DNA from: Planctomycetota bacterium
GTDB taxonomy: Bacteria; Planctomycetota; B143-G9
DNA length: 64,000 nucleotides
Reading direction: 5' to 3'
Assembly (NCBI GenBank): GCA_034521065.1
Contig: JAXHMW010000014.1
Coordinates: 48,913 to 112,912 of the forward strand
Below, piece by piece: positions 8,006-18,534 of this stretch (position 1 is its first letter; every line of letters starts with the position of its first letter). Below the pieces are notes generated by a model. It did no database searches. It saw only the letters and a program-made list of their open reading frames with translations, and was not told the DNA's origin. The position numbers and the translations under genes are program-made.

Positions 8006-8854
8006 CTAACGGGCGCGCAACAGCGTCTCGCGCTCGATACCAAGCTTCGCTGCGGCTTCGGATATCTCGTTGAAAAACCGCGGCGCATCTGATGGATAGC
8101 CCGCGGTCGGAGCGAGCCCCGGAACCTTGCTCGTCCAGTACTCGTTGAAGCGCAGCATGTAGCATTCACGCACGTACTTGGCCACGACCGATGCCAGCGC
8201 GACCTCGGAGTGCAACTCTTCGGCTCCTTTGGAAAAGTCCACCTGTGCGAGCCCTATCATATATGATGAAACTTCGTGGCCTTCGCGCAGAGGTGCCACA
8301 AGCCGGTTACCGTTTCGTTCGAACAGGAATGAAATGTAGTTGTTACGTCCTCCCTGCTTGTCAACTACAAGGTGTCCCGATTCCTCCGGGTCAAACACGA
8401 GCCTCATAAGCCCGTACAAGCGCATCATCGCGAGTTGTCCCTTGTTGAAGCGGCTCACGACCGCATTGAAAGAGGCAGGCAGAGTCACCCTCGCATGGAC
8501 CTTGAAGCCGCGGAGGACGGGAGGGGCGGGAAGTTGCTCGCAAAACAGCGGAAAGGGCAGGTCGGACAGGTCGAAGCAGGAGGGCGCGAGGGGCAGGGGG
8601 GAACAGTTCAGAAAACGAAGCAGCGACACGAGCGAGTTGCCATTCCAGCCCGCGAGCCTCGCCGCAGAAACCACTGCAGCTTCCATCCTGGCAAGTCCGC
8701 GTCCCGAGGAGTAAATCAACTTGGAATCGCGGAGTGCCTCGCGAACCGGAAACTTGTTCTCCCAGCCTATAGGTGCCCTGACGGCACCGTGAACGAGCGG
8801 CCCGAGAAGGGCTCCCAGCCCGGCCTCGTCTATGCCGCCAAGCCATTCGGTCAC
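8006..8854 (-). CDS. Divergent RNase HII (type 2 RNase H)-like protein
   Basis: GTG 8854 overlaps the ispH stop (GTGA). Motifs: GIDEAGLGALLGPLV (DEAG box), LRDSKLIYS (DSK), VVDKQGG, SEVALASVVAKYVRECYM and TAGYPSDA. Confidence 0.55.
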   Translation of the reverse strand: MTEWLGGIDEAGLGALLGPLVHGAVRAPIGWENKFPVREALRDSKLIYSSGRGLARMEAAVVSAARLAGWNGNSLVSLLRFLNCSPLPLAPSCFDLSDLPFPLFCEQLPAPPVLRGFKVHARVTLPASFNAVVSRFNKGQLAMMRLYGLMRLVFDPEESGHLVVDKQGGRNNYISFLFERNGNRLVAPLREGHEVSSYMIGLAQVDFSKGAEELHSEVALASVVAKYVRECYMLRFNEYWTSKVPGLAPTAGYPSDAPRFFNEISEAAAKLGIERETLLRAR

Positions 8855-9688
8855 ATTTTCCTCAGCTTGTCGCAGACCTGCTGAATGACCCAGGAGGGGG
8901 TTGAAGCCCCGGCGGTCACGCCCGCGGTCTTCGCGTCGGGAAAGAGGCTGCGGCGTATCTCGTCGGCTGTCTCGATGTGGAAGGTCAGTGGGTTCAAACG
9001 TCTGCATACTTGGGCAAGACGGCGAGTGTTCGCGCTGTGATATCCGCCGACCACGAACATGACGTCAACAGACTTCGCCAGTTCACTGGCGGCCTCTTGT
9101 CGTTTGTGGGTCGCGTCGCAGATGGTTTTCACTATGTGGTCGCGTTCCGGGTCGAGCGGCAGGGCTTCGAGTATTTCGCGTATCTTGTAGATATCGAAGG
9201 TGGTCTGGCTGATGACTACGAACGGAGCCTGCGATTCCTTTACTTTGCCGACCTCGGATATGTCGGAGACAACGGTGCATGGGCCCTTGGCGTGTCCGAG
9301 AATGCTGCGAATCTCCGCATGGTCGGCATCACCGATAATGATGCCGCGGTGGCCGTGTGAAGTGTGCTCGCTGATTATCTTCTGCGCCCGTGTAACTCGG
9401 GGGCAGGTGGCATCAATAACACGGATATCGCGGCTTTCAAGTTCCTGCTTGCGCGCTTCAGAAACTCCATGGGCTCGCAAGAGAACCGTGTCTCCCGGCT
9501 CGAGCAGGTCGTCCGAGTCAAGCATCCTGATGCCCTCTTCAAAAAGCCGCTTTACCTCCTGTTTGTTATGAATCAGAGGACCGTCGGTGTAAATCTCTAC
9601 CGTTTTCCTTCTGTGTGCGTTCCGCAATCTGCAGTGCCCGTTTCACTCCGAAACAGAAACCGCAAAACTCTGCAAGCAATACCTTCAT
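8851..9688 (-). CDS. ispH: 4-hydroxy-3-methylbut-2-enyl diphosphate reductase; one frameshift as assembled
   Basis: The N-terminus MKVLLAEFCGFCFGVKRALQIAERTQKE from ATG 9688 is out of frame with ORF 8851-9627 (VEIYTDGPLIHNKQEV..., ATCPRVTRAQ, VVGGYHSANT). The break is at the TTTT run 9603-9606. The 838-nt span is not a multiple of 3. Confidence 0.85.
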
Positions 9689-9726
9689 TTAGTCTTTCTC
9701 CTTGGCCCTTGCAAGTTTACCCACCT

Positions 9727-9755
9727 TTGGAATGGCGGACAACTGTGGGTATAAT
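9727..9755 (+). promoter_or_regulatory. Sigma70-like promoter TTGGAA-17 nt-TATAAT placed 6 nt before ATG 9762
   Basis: TTGGAA at 9727-9732, TATAAT at 9750-9755 and ATG at 9762. There is no room for an RBS. Confidence 0.4.
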
Positions 9756-9761
9756 TGCACC

Positions 9762-11204
9762 ATGAAAACAGCCCTGCTTCTTTTACTCGCAATCGGGGTG
9801 CTTTGTACGCAGCCTGGAGCAAGTGCTCACGCGCTCAGCGTGACCTACGAGCCCCTTGGCCTTGCTTTTGAGCTTCCCGACGGCTGGGAGACCGCACCGC
9901 AGGAAGCAGTATCGCCGGAGACCTTTGCCGGATGGAACGATACAAAACGTCAACAGCAGCTTGCAGAGGGAATTCTCACCGGCACTTTCATGCGAGACTT
10001 CGGCGAAGGAAAGGCCGACCTTCGCGTCATCGCCGCTTCACCGGCAGGCCCTATCGGTATGCTGCAGGGCGAACAAATTATGAACTCCACGAGCAAACAG
10101 CTCGGGCGAATGCTGCGGGAGTTCGTATGCTTCGAGCGTGAGACCGTAGAGGCAGGCAAGTACAAGATGCTTCACATAACCGGTTCGTTCGGCTCGAAGT
10201 CGGAGTATCGCATAATGCAGTACCTGTTCTCCGTGCCGGAAGCGACGTTCCGTTTCATCTTCGTCTGCGAGAAAGGGGCATTCGAAGAGTTAAAAGAAGA
10301 CGCCGAGACGATTATGGAAGGCGTCGAGGCGGGTGAGCAGCCTGTGCCTCAGAACCCCATGCAGAGACTTCTCAAGTACGGTTACTTCGTCCTCGCAGGC
10401 GCATTGCTGATATGGCTCGTATCTCGGGTTTTGCGAAAGCGGTCGGGTGGTGCCGCGGCTTCAGTGTTTCTCGTCGCGCTTCTGGCCTTCTGTTCACCTT
10501 GCAGCGCTGAGCAGACCGCGTCCCCGCCTCCGGTAGAGACCGAACTGAAGGTCAACTTCGCCATGCCACCGGGATTCGAAAGCGCGTCCGGCGCAGCACG
10601 CTCGGCCATCCTCGAACAGGTCATGCCGTACTTCGTCGAATATGACTCCAACTTCGCCTCCCGAGAAGAATACCTCCGACAGGTCCTGCCCGCATACATG
10701 CTTTTCGCGAGCCCCACCGGGGTGACCGGGGAACTCGCCGCCGAGTATCACGTCATGGTCTATCCAATCTGCGAGCCTGCTGGTCGAACTCTCGAATTGA
10801 GCAGGTTTCATAAGCACTACGAGAAGTTCAACGGCTTCGACTCCGACGACAGCGGCTACACCATGACCGGCAACGTCGTTCTTTCCGACCATTCAGTGAA
10901 CTTCGCCGCTCTTAATTTCATCATCGAGACCCCTTCAGGCGACCTTCACGGCTGTGCGTATGCGAGAAAGTACGACTTCGGCTGGATGGTCTGCGAACTG
11001 ATAGGCTCCCGGGAAATCGTCTCGCGGCATTCGGGCCTTCTCGCGCGCTCCGCGGTGGGCATGGAGCTGCGCGACACGCAAGACCTCCTGTTCTATCCGT
11101 CTGCTGCCGGAAAGGGCATATTTTCTGAAAGGTGGGTTAGGACGGGAATAGTCGTGCTGGCCTGCGCGGTCTTTGTCCTTTTCCTTGCAAGGCGCAGGCG
11201 ATGA
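9762..11204 (+). CDS. Membrane protein made of two tandem [signal-like helix - about 190-aa ecto-domain - TM - basic patch] modules
   Basis: Signal MKTALLLLLAIGVLCTQPGASAHA. First module ends YGYFVLAGALLIWLVSRVLRKRS. Second helix is SVFLVALLAFCSPCSAEQ. Second module ends TGIVVLACAVFVLFLARRRR. LELPDGWE and AMPPGFE occupy equivalent positions. Confidence 0.6.
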   Translation: MKTALLLLLAIGVLCTQPGASAHALSVTYEPLGLAFELPDGWETAPQEAVSPETFAGWNDTKRQQQLAEGILTGTFMRDFGEGKADLRVIAASPAGPIGMLQGEQIMNSTSKQLGRMLREFVCFERETVEAGKYKMLHITGSFGSKSEYRIMQYLFSVPEATFRFIFVCEKGAFEELKEDAETIMEGVEAGEQPVPQNPMQRLLKYGYFVLAGALLIWLVSRVLRKRSGGAAASVFLVALLAFCSPCSAEQTASPPPVETELKVNFAMPPGFESASGAARSAILEQVMPYFVEYDSNFASREEYLRQVLPAYMLFASPTGVTGELAAEYHVMVYPICEPAGRTLELSRFHKHYEKFNGFDSDDSGYTMTGNVVLSDHSVNFAALNFIIETPSGDLHGCAYARKYDFGWMVCELIGSREIVSRHSGLLARSAVGMELRDTQDLLFYPSAAGKGIFSERWVRTGIVVLACAVFVLFLARRRR

Positions 11205-11742
11205 AGAGAAGGTTGTTTTTCATAGCCACAGCGCTTTTGCTGGTCGCGGCGGTTCCCGCTGCAAAACTGCATCCTCCTGACATGAAACTCACGAAACGCC
11301 CAGCCCCGCGGTTCGTCAAAGAAGTTGTCGCATCCGCCCCCGGCGCATCGGACATACTCGCGTTCTCAAAGGGAGATAACGTGCTTCACCTCGTGCAACT
11401 ATCGCAGCGAACAGGTGCAGCACTCGTGTATCTGAAAGAGAAAGGCGCGAAGGTGGAAACCGAGCTTGCCGACTACCGCGGTTTTCTTCTTGAAACAGGC
11501 GATTTGCATATCGCGCTTATGAACAACGGAGAGGCGAACACCGTTTTAGTCGCAGTAATGGGGCCCGACGGCGCAGAACTGGCCGAAAATTACGCGGCCG
11601 ACTTCAGGGGAACTCCGCGACGACAAACCCCGCACTTGTATTCATATCGCTTTTGGGCGCGGTGCTGCTTATCTCGTATTTTTATTATCGCAGAAACCCC
11701 CGGGAGTCGTCCTCGGAGAAGGTGACCAAAGATGAAGCCTGA
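11201..11742 (+). CDS. Third module of the same architecture (signal - domain - TM - RR); probable frameshift near the 3' end
   Basis: MKRRLFFIATALLLVAAVPAA signal. After the GGGG run 11607-11610 an alternative frame reads NSATTNPALVFISLLGAVLLISYFYYRRNPRE (TM plus basic tail) and stops at 11740-11742. Confidence 0.5.
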
Positions 11743-12607
11743 CGAAAAAACCTCCGACCTTTTGCGGCAGATGCTCGAAGAGGACATAGGCGACGGCGAC
11801 GTAACCAGCGCTCTTTTCGACAGTTCGGCAAGCCTGCAGGCCGTTTTCAGGGCGCGTTGCGAAGGCGTTATGGCCGGTGGAGTGTTTATCACGAAGCTGT
11901 TCAGCCTCCACGACGAAACAGTACAAACGCGCACCCTTGTCAGCGAAGGGGATTCTTTCGGTCCGGGCGATAACCTTATACATGTGAATGGCCCAGCGCG
12001 TTCTGTGCTCGAAGTCGAACGGACCGCGCTCAATCTCCTGTGCAGGCTGTGCGGCATCGCCACCAAGACGAAAAGGATGGTGAAAATCGTAGCCGGGCAC
12101 TGTGATGTTCTGGATACACGCAAGACCACGCCGCTTCTGCGGCCGTTCGAGAAATACGCGGTCAAGCTCGGCGGAGGAGTCAACCACCGCATGGGCCTGT
12201 ATGACCAGGTACTGGTTAAGGACAATCATCTTTCGCTCTTCGCCGGAGGCAGGGAAGATTTCGAGCGCATCGTTCGCGAGGCGAGGAAGAAGTTCTCGAA
12301 GCGGATGGTAGTTGAGATAGAGGTGGACGACCTCGACCAGTTCAAGCGGGCGCTCGACGCCGAACCCGATATCCTGCTGTTGGACAATATGTCTCCGCAA
12401 CTCATGAGCAAGTGCGTTTCCTTTCGCGACGAACGCGTTTCAGCCGGAGGCAAACGGGTATTACTCGAGGCTTCAGGTGGTATAAATGAAAAGACGATAG
12501 ACGAAGTGGCCGCAAGCGGCGTTGACCGCATATCTATGGGGGCACTGACTTACGCCCCGGTAATTGTGGATATTGGCCTCGACGCCGTGGAAGAATCCGA
12601 CAGATGA
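11732..12607 (+). CDS. nadC: Nicotinate-nucleotide pyrophosphorylase (carboxylating)
   Basis: ERTALNLLCRLCGIAT, TRKTTPLLRPFEKYAVKLGGG, HRMGLYD, LLDNMSP, LEASGGIN, ISMGALT. Confidence 0.9.
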   Translation: MKPDEKTSDLLRQMLEEDIGDGDVTSALFDSSASLQAVFRARCEGVMAGGVFITKLFSLHDETVQTRTLVSEGDSFGPGDNLIHVNGPARSVLEVERTALNLLCRLCGIATKTKRMVKIVAGHCDVLDTRKTTPLLRPFEKYAVKLGGGVNHRMGLYDQVLVKDNHLSLFAGGREDFERIVREARKKFSKRMVVEIEVDDLDQFKRALDAEPDILLLDNMSPQLMSKCVSFRDERVSAGGKRVLLEASGGINEKTIDEVAASGVDRISMGALTYAPVIVDIGLDAVEESDR

Positions 12608-13148
12608 AGTTCATCGAGCTTGATCAGGTGGATTCCACGAACAGTTATTCTCGCCGAAACGCCGAAAAACTCCCCGACGGAACGGTTGTGTTCACCCACT
12701 ACCAGACTTCGGGAAGAGGCAGGGGCAAAAATCGCTGGCTGTGTCCCCGCGACGGCGGCGCGATGTTTTCCCTCGTCATGTCGGTTCCGTTCAGGATTCC
12801 CAAACCGCTTATTCCGCTATTTCGTTGGAATGCGCGGAGCAGGTCGTCGGCTGGCTGCGCAGAAATCTCGGCTTGGAGGCGGCCATCAAAGAGCCCAACG
12901 ACGTATTCGTTGCCGGGCGCAAAATATCCGGAATACTGGTGGAACAGGTCGACGGAAAACTTGTCATGGGTGTCGGGCTGAACACCAACCTGATGCCCTC
13001 CGACCTTGGCGAGGAAATTGCAGCTACTTCTGTTTACGAACAAACTGGTGAAAAATGCGACAACAAGACTGTGGCAAGAGAACTGTCGCAGCTGATATAT
13101 GCATCACTGAACGAGGGATTCCCTTCCCCGGGAGATAAGGACCGATGA
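12604..13148 (+). CDS. birA: Biotin--protein ligase (no HTH domain); one frameshift as assembled
   Basis: MKFIELDQVDSTNSY...TSGRGRGKNRW (GRGRxxRxW motif) is in ORF 12604-12981. It continues in ORF 12741-13148 with AISLECAEQVV...IKEPNDVFVAGRKISGILVEQ. The break is near 12799-12812. Confidence 0.8.
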
Positions 13149-15853
13149 GAAGCATCATTGTTAGCGCGATTCTCGGCGTACTTCTGGCAACCGTTTTGCC
13201 ATTCTACGCCCGTGCGAACTACTTTAAGGAACTCGAGCAATCCCGCCCGAAGCCTCTGCAGATAACCAGCGAGGTCTCCGCTGCGGAGTCGGTGGCCAAC
13301 TACAACCTCGTTCTTGACAGCAACCTGCTGCTGGAAGACCGCCTCTTCTTCGGCGTACGCGATGCACGGAACTTTATGAGCCTTTCGTATTCCGGCGACA
13401 AGATTAACGTCGGGCAGCATAGCGGATGGTTTTTACGAAGAGGTTGCCTCGGGCGATTCGCTCGGACGGGAGATAGTGGTCATGATTCGTGGCGGAAACT
13501 GCGGAGTGCGCGACGGCGATGGTATGAAGGCGTTCTATCTTAGCGAGGAGAACCTTCCGAGCAGGTGGCGCTCGAACGGCGGCGGAGCTTCTCCCTGTCA
13601 AGTTTCAACCTCTTTCTGCGGCCCTGTTCGCTGATACTTTTATGCGCATGGATCCTGAGGAAGGTGAATGGCAGTCGCAAAGCGGGGACTGGAGCATCGT
13701 CTCTCGTCCGAACCCGAGCCGCAGTGCAAACGCATTCCGCCTCGCCGGGCGCGGGTTCGCCAGTTTTCCCGCCCTCAACTTGCTCGACCTTCCTGACTGG
13801 GATAACTACACCGCGTCCGTGAGTATCCGTCCAAAAGAGGATAGTGGCAGTTGTGGAATAGTCTTCGACTACTCGTCACACGATACTTACAACGTGCTGT
13901 TGCTGGAACCGGACGAAAACGGCAATGGTTCGGTAAGCATTGTCGCCCAAAAGGGAGAGTTCTTCGATTCCCTTATCAAACGAGACGCGACCATTTACCC
14001 CGGTGAATGGTACGACGTTGAACTGCGCCAGAGCTTCGGAAGACTGTCGGTTCATATCTGCGGCCATGAGGTTCTCAGCCTCAATTCTCCCGAGATTACC
14101 TCTGGGAAGTTCGGGCTCATCGTCACCGAGAACGGTTTTGCCGAGTTCGACGACCTCGATGTCCGCTCCCTCACTCCTTCGGAGACCGCTTCACTGATGG
14201 CTTCCACAAACTCGTGGTATCACGTCGGTTCTCCAACAGCACAGGGCTCGTCAATTGATTTCACCACGCAGCAGACCTCTCTTTCCTTCCTGCCGCTCAA
14301 CCTGTTCGAAGGCAGTACAGTCAGCGGCAAGGTCATTTGGGAGGCTGGTTCTCGCGCGGCGATATTCACGCAGGGAGTTTCGTCTTCGCCATCCACGGTT
14401 CGCATTCCGGCGATAGCCTCCTGGTCTGACACCGGAGAGTTCATAAACGGAACGGACAATGCCAAGAACGGGGGCGAGAGCACCTTTACTGTGACCGTAC
14501 GAAAGGGCCACGCGCTTATCGAGGTGGAGGGCGACTGCTTTATTCGCGAGACCGTGGAGCTTGCCAACGGTACGCTGATGTTCGGAGTTGGCGGCACGAA
14601 GGGAGTCAAAATCCGTGAATTGAAGGTCAGTTCCTCGAATCATTCGAAATTGATGCTGTGGGTGAACGAGATATTCACTCACGAGGACACCATGCGCAAC
14701 TGGAATGACGACTCCTTGCACTGGCGCACGATTCGTGGCGGGACCGTTGACGGGCGCGGGTTGAGCAAGCTCAACGAGCGAGTTTTCAGTCGCAGGATGC
14801 AGGCCACACTCTCGCTTTCAGACAAACAGGCTGACACGGATAAGTTCGGCGTTTCGGTGGCAATGCCGTTCGAGCCCGAGAACTACACCAGCGGCCCGAC
14901 ACTGTTCGCCCGTAAGTCCGAGGAAGGTCTGCAACTGCGCTTTGAAATCGAAGGTTCCGAAAAGTGGGCAAAGAACCTGCCCGCAAGCACGAGGGTCAGC
15001 AGCATCGGCCTTTACAGGGACGGTAGTTTTGTCCTGGCAATGCTGAACGGTACGGTTCGTGGCACCTACATCCATCCTGAATCCCTGCCGATGTCGCGCG
15101 TGGCTTACTGGATGGACGGTGTTTCGATTGACTCCGGCCAGCTCGAGATTTCCAGCGATTCCACTTACGAATACCTGTTCAGCAGGGCGCCCAGCGAATG
15201 GAAGGTCGGTGACGTGGAGATCTACGCCGGGAGCTGAACCGGCTGCCCTGTTCAGCGGTGACAGCGAGCGCGATGACAAGGGCCGTATCAGCGACAAACT
15301 CGCGCTTCTGTGGTGGCGCAGAAAACTCGAAGGAGACTTCACCTTCGAGATGTACTTTGGAATAAAGATGAGCAACGACGGTGGGCGCAAATACAACTAC
15401 GCTCGTGACATAAATGTCGCACTTGTCTCCGATACGACCGACCTGTCCAGCGGATATAATTTCATTCTCGGCGGCAAGGAAAAAAAGTCCGTAAACGCGG
15501 GCTCGTGGATTCTGCGCAATAATCAACGTGTGCCAACTCGCCCCGGCGACACCCTCAAGCGCTCGCGTTTCAGGCTCTACACCTCTTCTTCGCACAGGTT
15601 TTGGTTCCATTACATTCTCAAGCGCCGAGGCAATAATTACACTCTTATACTCACCGACCAGAAGGGCTCGCACGAGGTGTTCGATTACACCGACCCAGAT
15701 CCCATGCCAGCGGACAGGCTCGGAGATGGGACTTATGACTGCGGCATAATGCTGTCACGCGTAAGAATCCAGACAGAGGGTTTTGCCCCCATGATAGACG
15801 TGACCAAAGAAAAAGACGGAAGGCCCGATACTATCTATGACGACCTTATGTAG
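13145..15853 (+). CDS. Large membrane-anchored protein with repeated concanavalin/LamG (DUF1080-like) modules; at least 3 frameshifts as assembled
   Basis: Fragments 13145-13543, 13642-15237 and 15059-15853, plus an unlisted frame (ADGFYEEVASGDSLGREIVVMIRGGN...), tile one protein. Breaks lie at TTTTT 13430-13434, about 13570-13590 and about 15228-15238. DUF1080-like block: GEWQSQSGDWSI...GIVFDYSSHDTYNVLLL...GKFGLIVTENGFAEFDDLDV. Confidence 0.55.
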
Positions 15854-16768
15854 AGCCTTTGCCCTGCTCGCAGTGCTGACAGTCGTGGTTCTCGGTTGCG
15901 TTGGCTGCAATGGAGCCGAGCAGGATAAGAGCGATCACCAGGCCGGGCTGCGAGCCCATAGCACTTGCTGGTCATCGAGCGTCCTGTGTTCTACAGCTCA
16001 GCGGCGAAAACGAAAACAAGCTACTTCGTGTTTATTCCACGTCCTTACCACAACATGAAGAACAGAAGATGTCCCGTCATATATTGGCTTCACGGCACGG
16101 GTAATGGACGTATAGGGGTAACTCCGCTCTCAAAGTTCTTCGCCAAAGCCATGCGCAACAAGGACATGCCTCTTGCGCTTGTTGTGTTCCCTAACGGACT
16201 CGGTAACAGCATGTGGGTTGATTCAAAGGACGGCTCCATCCCGATGGAGACTCTGTTGATGACAGAACTCATTCCGCATGTTGACTCAACCTACCGAACA
16301 ATCGCCGACCGCAACGGTCGCATCATAGAAGGCTGGAGCATGGGAGGTTATGGTGCTCCGCGTCTCGCTATGACGTATCCTGATGTCTTCTGTGCGGTGT
16401 CCATTCTCGCAGGTGGCCCGTTGCAGCCAGACTTCCACGTCTGTCCTGCTCGCGGCGGAGTAAAACCCTCAAAGCGGTAGAAAACCCGACGAGAAGGTCT
16501 TCGGGAACGACCACGCTACTTCGCGCTCAGTCCGTGGGTCATCGCGCAGCGTTTTGCGTACTCCGACCATGAACCTCTCGCCATCAGGCAGATATGCGGT
16601 ACTCGTGACCACCTGTTCGAATTCAACGTAGACTTCCACCGTCACTTGACTTCTTTGAGCATCAAGCACGAGTTCACACCGGTACCTGGTCACAAGCACG
16701 ACACTATCCCGACTTTGAATGCCGTGGCGACGGGCTTGGCTTTCTACCGGAGCAATCTCCCGCAATAG
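15837..16768 (+). CDS. Lipoprotein esterase (esterase-D / CE1-like alpha/beta hydrolase); at least 3 frame disruptions as assembled
   Basis: Lipobox LGCVGC. Then PVIYWLHGTGNG and the nucleophile elbow GWSMGG. The C-terminal part YFALSPWVIAQRF...FTPVPGHKHD...AFY lies in the same frame as ORF 15965-16480 but beyond an in-frame TAG at 16478-16480. The stretch KPDEKVFGNDHA is in another frame. Confidence 0.6.
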
Positions 16769-16895
16769 CCGTCATTTTGCCTAAGCTTTGGCCATTCACA
16801 CCACCACCCATGAACAAGCGGGCCGTTCCTCCGTCTTTTGCAGTGACGGGGCGAATATCGGCCCGTGCCAACAGAGAGTCAAAAGGAGGAATTCA

Positions 16896-18478
16896 GTGAA
16901 AAGAACAGTTCTCGTCGCCGTGATCGCGCTCGCGTCGGTCCTGGCGTTCACGAACGTACATTCCGATGCCGAGATGGTGGAAGCCACCTCTCAGATCAGC
17001 GGAGTGACCGTGTTCATGGACGCAGGTCTCGTCAAGCGGGCTGCCACGGCAGACGTAAAAGCAGGCTATTCCTTGGTGAAGGTTTCGGGACTGCCCCGAT
17101 GGGTCAGCTCGAACAACACCATCGTACGTGGTTCAGGGGATTTTACCCTTATCTCCACGGAGTTTCGAACCCTTTGGAAGAAGGATGCGCCGACGAAACA
17201 GATCGAGACCCTTCTGAAGGAGAAAGACGAACTTCTGGCGAAGCTCGAAGAACACTCGATTACCCTGAAGGTTCTCGAACAGGAGGAGTCGGTGTACAAG
17301 TCGCTTGCTCCGTCGGCGATCTCGGCAAACGAGCTTCCCGACGAACTCAAGCAGCTTTCAGCCGAGGACTCGCAGAAGCTACTCGACACGGTCGAGAAAG
17401 GCCTCACGTCGGTCTATGAACGCAAACTCGAAAACGACATCGCAGTGCGGTGAAGTTAACGACAACTTCGTGGTGGAAATCAGCAGCTCAAGGAAGTTGG
17501 TGCGTCCAAGGTTTACTACAATGAGGCGCTCGTGGCTGTCCGTGCGAAGTCCGATGTGAGCATAGCACTGAAGACTTATCTCTACAGGCGGCTGTGGCTG
17601 GTCAACGGCATACGACGCACGCTTGCAGGAGAACGGCAAGTTGTCGCTCAGCTACTTCGCCAACGTAAAACAGCGCACGAGCGAGGACTGGGAAGGCGTT
17701 GAAATGAGCCTTTCCACCAACAGCATCGCCGCGGTGGCACTGCCACCCGAACTGAAGAAGGTTGCCATCGCCCTTGTGGATAAGGTGCAGAAGGCGGAAG
17801 ATAAGGCCAAGGTCCAGCGCCCCAGAACGTCGCGCGGCTTTGACAACGCAGCACCGTCTGAATCAGCTCGACCCGAGGCCGAGACCCGTTCCTGACGGTG
17901 GAGGAAGTCGGTCAGTTCAAGCTTCCTCGACCGCGAGCGTTCCCGGCGACGGCTCGAACAGAAGGCTGCTCGTCGGTCAAGAACCTCGAGTTCGATGCGG
18001 GCCTCGAATACGTACTCTTTCTCGTCTTCGACAGGACGCTTTCGCCCGTTTCGAAGTGGTCAACCGCCACGATTTCCCGCTCATGGCGGGGCCGCTGCGC
18101 GCGTTTTCCGGCGGAGAGTACCTCGGCAAGACCAATATCGACACCGTGGCTTCGGGTGAGAAATTCAAGCTCTACTTCGGTGCAGACAAGCGTATCGAGG
18201 TGAAGTACCGCCAGATTAAGCGTAAGAAAAGCGAAGGCTGGTGGTCAAAGACCGTTGACTTCGAATGGGCGATCAAGTTCAAGAACCACTCGCCTGAAAA
18301 GGTTCGCATCAACGTGATAGACGCCATGCCCAAGCTCGGCAACGACGAGCTTTCATTAAAAAGTGTTAAGTTCTCCCCCAAGCCCGTAAACGACTTCGAG
18401 AAGGACGAGAACCGCCTCGTCAAGTGGATGATCGAACTCGACCCCGGCGAGGAGATGGAAATTACCGTCTCGTTCTAG
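16896..18478 (+). CDS. DUF4140/DUF4139 (MuiA-like) family secreted protein, copy 1; at least 5 frameshifts as assembled
   Basis: AAGGAGG RBS and GTG 16896, signal VKRTVLVAVIALASVLAF. Family blocks: ISGVTVFMDAGLVKR, LSLSYFANVKQRTSEDWEGVEMSLST, FEVVNRHDFPLMAGPLRAFSGGEYLGKT, EKFKLYFGADKRIEVKY. They are spread over three frames. Confidence 0.6.
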
Positions 18479-18534
18479 GTCAAATGACCGGACCACCAAG
18501 ACCATCTGGTCGGGCCCCTGGAAGGAGGTGTGAA

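Noticed and set aside
16478-16480. In-frame TAG inside the esterase, as possible stop-codon recoding (pyrrolysine or an alternative code)
   Set aside because: Sequence on both sides of the TAG is nonsensical in that frame for about 40 nt, while another frame reads KPDEKVFGNDHA. That indicates compensating indels. TAG also serves as an ordinary stop elsewhere, for example mutL at 44253-44255 and the esterase itself at 16766-16768.
16469-16765. 98-aa minus-strand ORF at the end of the esterase region
   Set aside because: The plus strand reads a convincing esterase C-terminus here (YFALSPWVIAQRF...PVPGHKHD...AFY). The minus ORF is its shadow, and its length owes to the plus-strand frame breaks.
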